Shown piece by piece: positions 63,301 to 64,000 of a DNA stretch of 64,000 bases. The notes beneath the pieces were generated by a model, which made no database searches, was not told the origin of the DNA, and saw only the letters and a program-made list of their open reading frames with translations. The stretch spans positions 316,510,001 through 316,574,000 of the forward strand of contig OZ024740.1 of assembly GCA_964016885.1 (NCBI GenBank). Reading direction: 5' to 3'. Each line of letters begins with the position of its first letter. The stretch's first letter is position 1. This stretch comes from Eledone cirrhosa. Lineage: Eukaryota. Made by a program: the position numbers and the translations under genes.

Positions 63301-63834
63301 CACTACTACCATAATATATAGAACTATATTAAACTGTTGGAAACTACTACCATCATATATAGAACTATTTTAAAATATTGGACACTACTACCATCATATA
63401 TAGAACTATATTAAACCGTTGGACACTTCTACCATCATATATAGAACTATATTAAACTATTGGACACTACTACCATCATATATAGAACTATATTAAACTA
63501 TTGGACACTACTACCATCATATATAGAACCATATTAAACTATTGGACACTACTACCATCATATATAGAACTATATTAAACTATTGGACACTACTACCATC
63601 ATATATACAACTATATTAAACTATTTTCTCCCCTCTTTCCGTTTCAACCAACCATAACTGGCCACTCATACTGATTAAGGTATGGTTCTCAAAATAAATA
63701 ATATCAAAATCTCATAGATTCGATAATATGTTAGGTAAAGCCTTTATCATGAAAATATAATAGTAAATATAAAGTAATGTAAATACTAAAGTTTAAACTG
63801 TATTGAAACAACTACCATCATATATTAAACTGTT
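57345..63834 (+). repeat. Three-module higher-order repeat, about 2.5 copies, period about 2,585 bp
   Basis: Pairs 59475/62060 and 60053/62638 are offset by 2585; 58497/61041 by 2544 (one monomer fewer). Private markers include TTTACCC, AAAGACTTT, GGAGGCT, TACAAC and TCACAT. Confidence 0.9.
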
Positions 63835-64000
63835 GGACACTACTACCATCATATATAGAACTATATTAAACTATTGGACACTACTACCATCATATATAGA
63901 ATCATATTAAACTATTGGACACTACTACCATCATATATAGAACTATATTAAACTATTCGACACTACTACCATCATATATAGAATCATATTAAACTATTGG

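Larger units (their letters stand above)
1..64000 (+). repeat. Composite satellite array: runs of 6-41 copies of a 41-bp monomer alternating with a conserved 209-bp module (68 copies); continues past both window edges
   Basis: Seen directly: every line is either the 41-bp monomer or the module, all in the same orientation, with no unique sequence. Confidence 0.99.

Noticed and set aside
482-63834. 68 independent site-specific insertions of a MITE
   Set aside because: Identical orientation, shared flanking variant monomers, no terminal inverted repeats at the module ends and nested duplications indicate amplification of one ancestral junction.
1-64000. CRISPR array
   Set aside because: The 41-bp repeats abut each other, the intervening 209-bp sequences are near-identical rather than unique spacers, and there are no cas genes.

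Overview
The whole 64 kb window is non-coding, AT-rich, head-to-tail satellite DNA in one orientation, most likely eukaryotic heterochromatin (inference). It has two components. The first is a 41-bp monomer (consensus CCATCATATATAGAACTATATTAAACTATTGGACACTACTA, 27% GC, roughly 1,200 copies). The second is a conserved 209-bp module, of which I counted 68 copies, always inserted at the same monomer position (AAACTATT^GGACAC) and rich in inverted repeats. Module-to-module distances all fit 209 + 41n, or 209 + 41n - 10, with n = 6 to 41. Variant monomers and module subtypes reveal nested higher-order duplications with periods of about 1.1, 1.3, 1.5, 2.4, 2.6, 4.3 and 22.5 kb. I find no credible gene, RNA gene, CRISPR array or autonomous transposon, and the single ORF is a repeat-translation artefact. 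Coordinates were read by eye and may be off by a few bases. I could not assign the organism or the repeat family.
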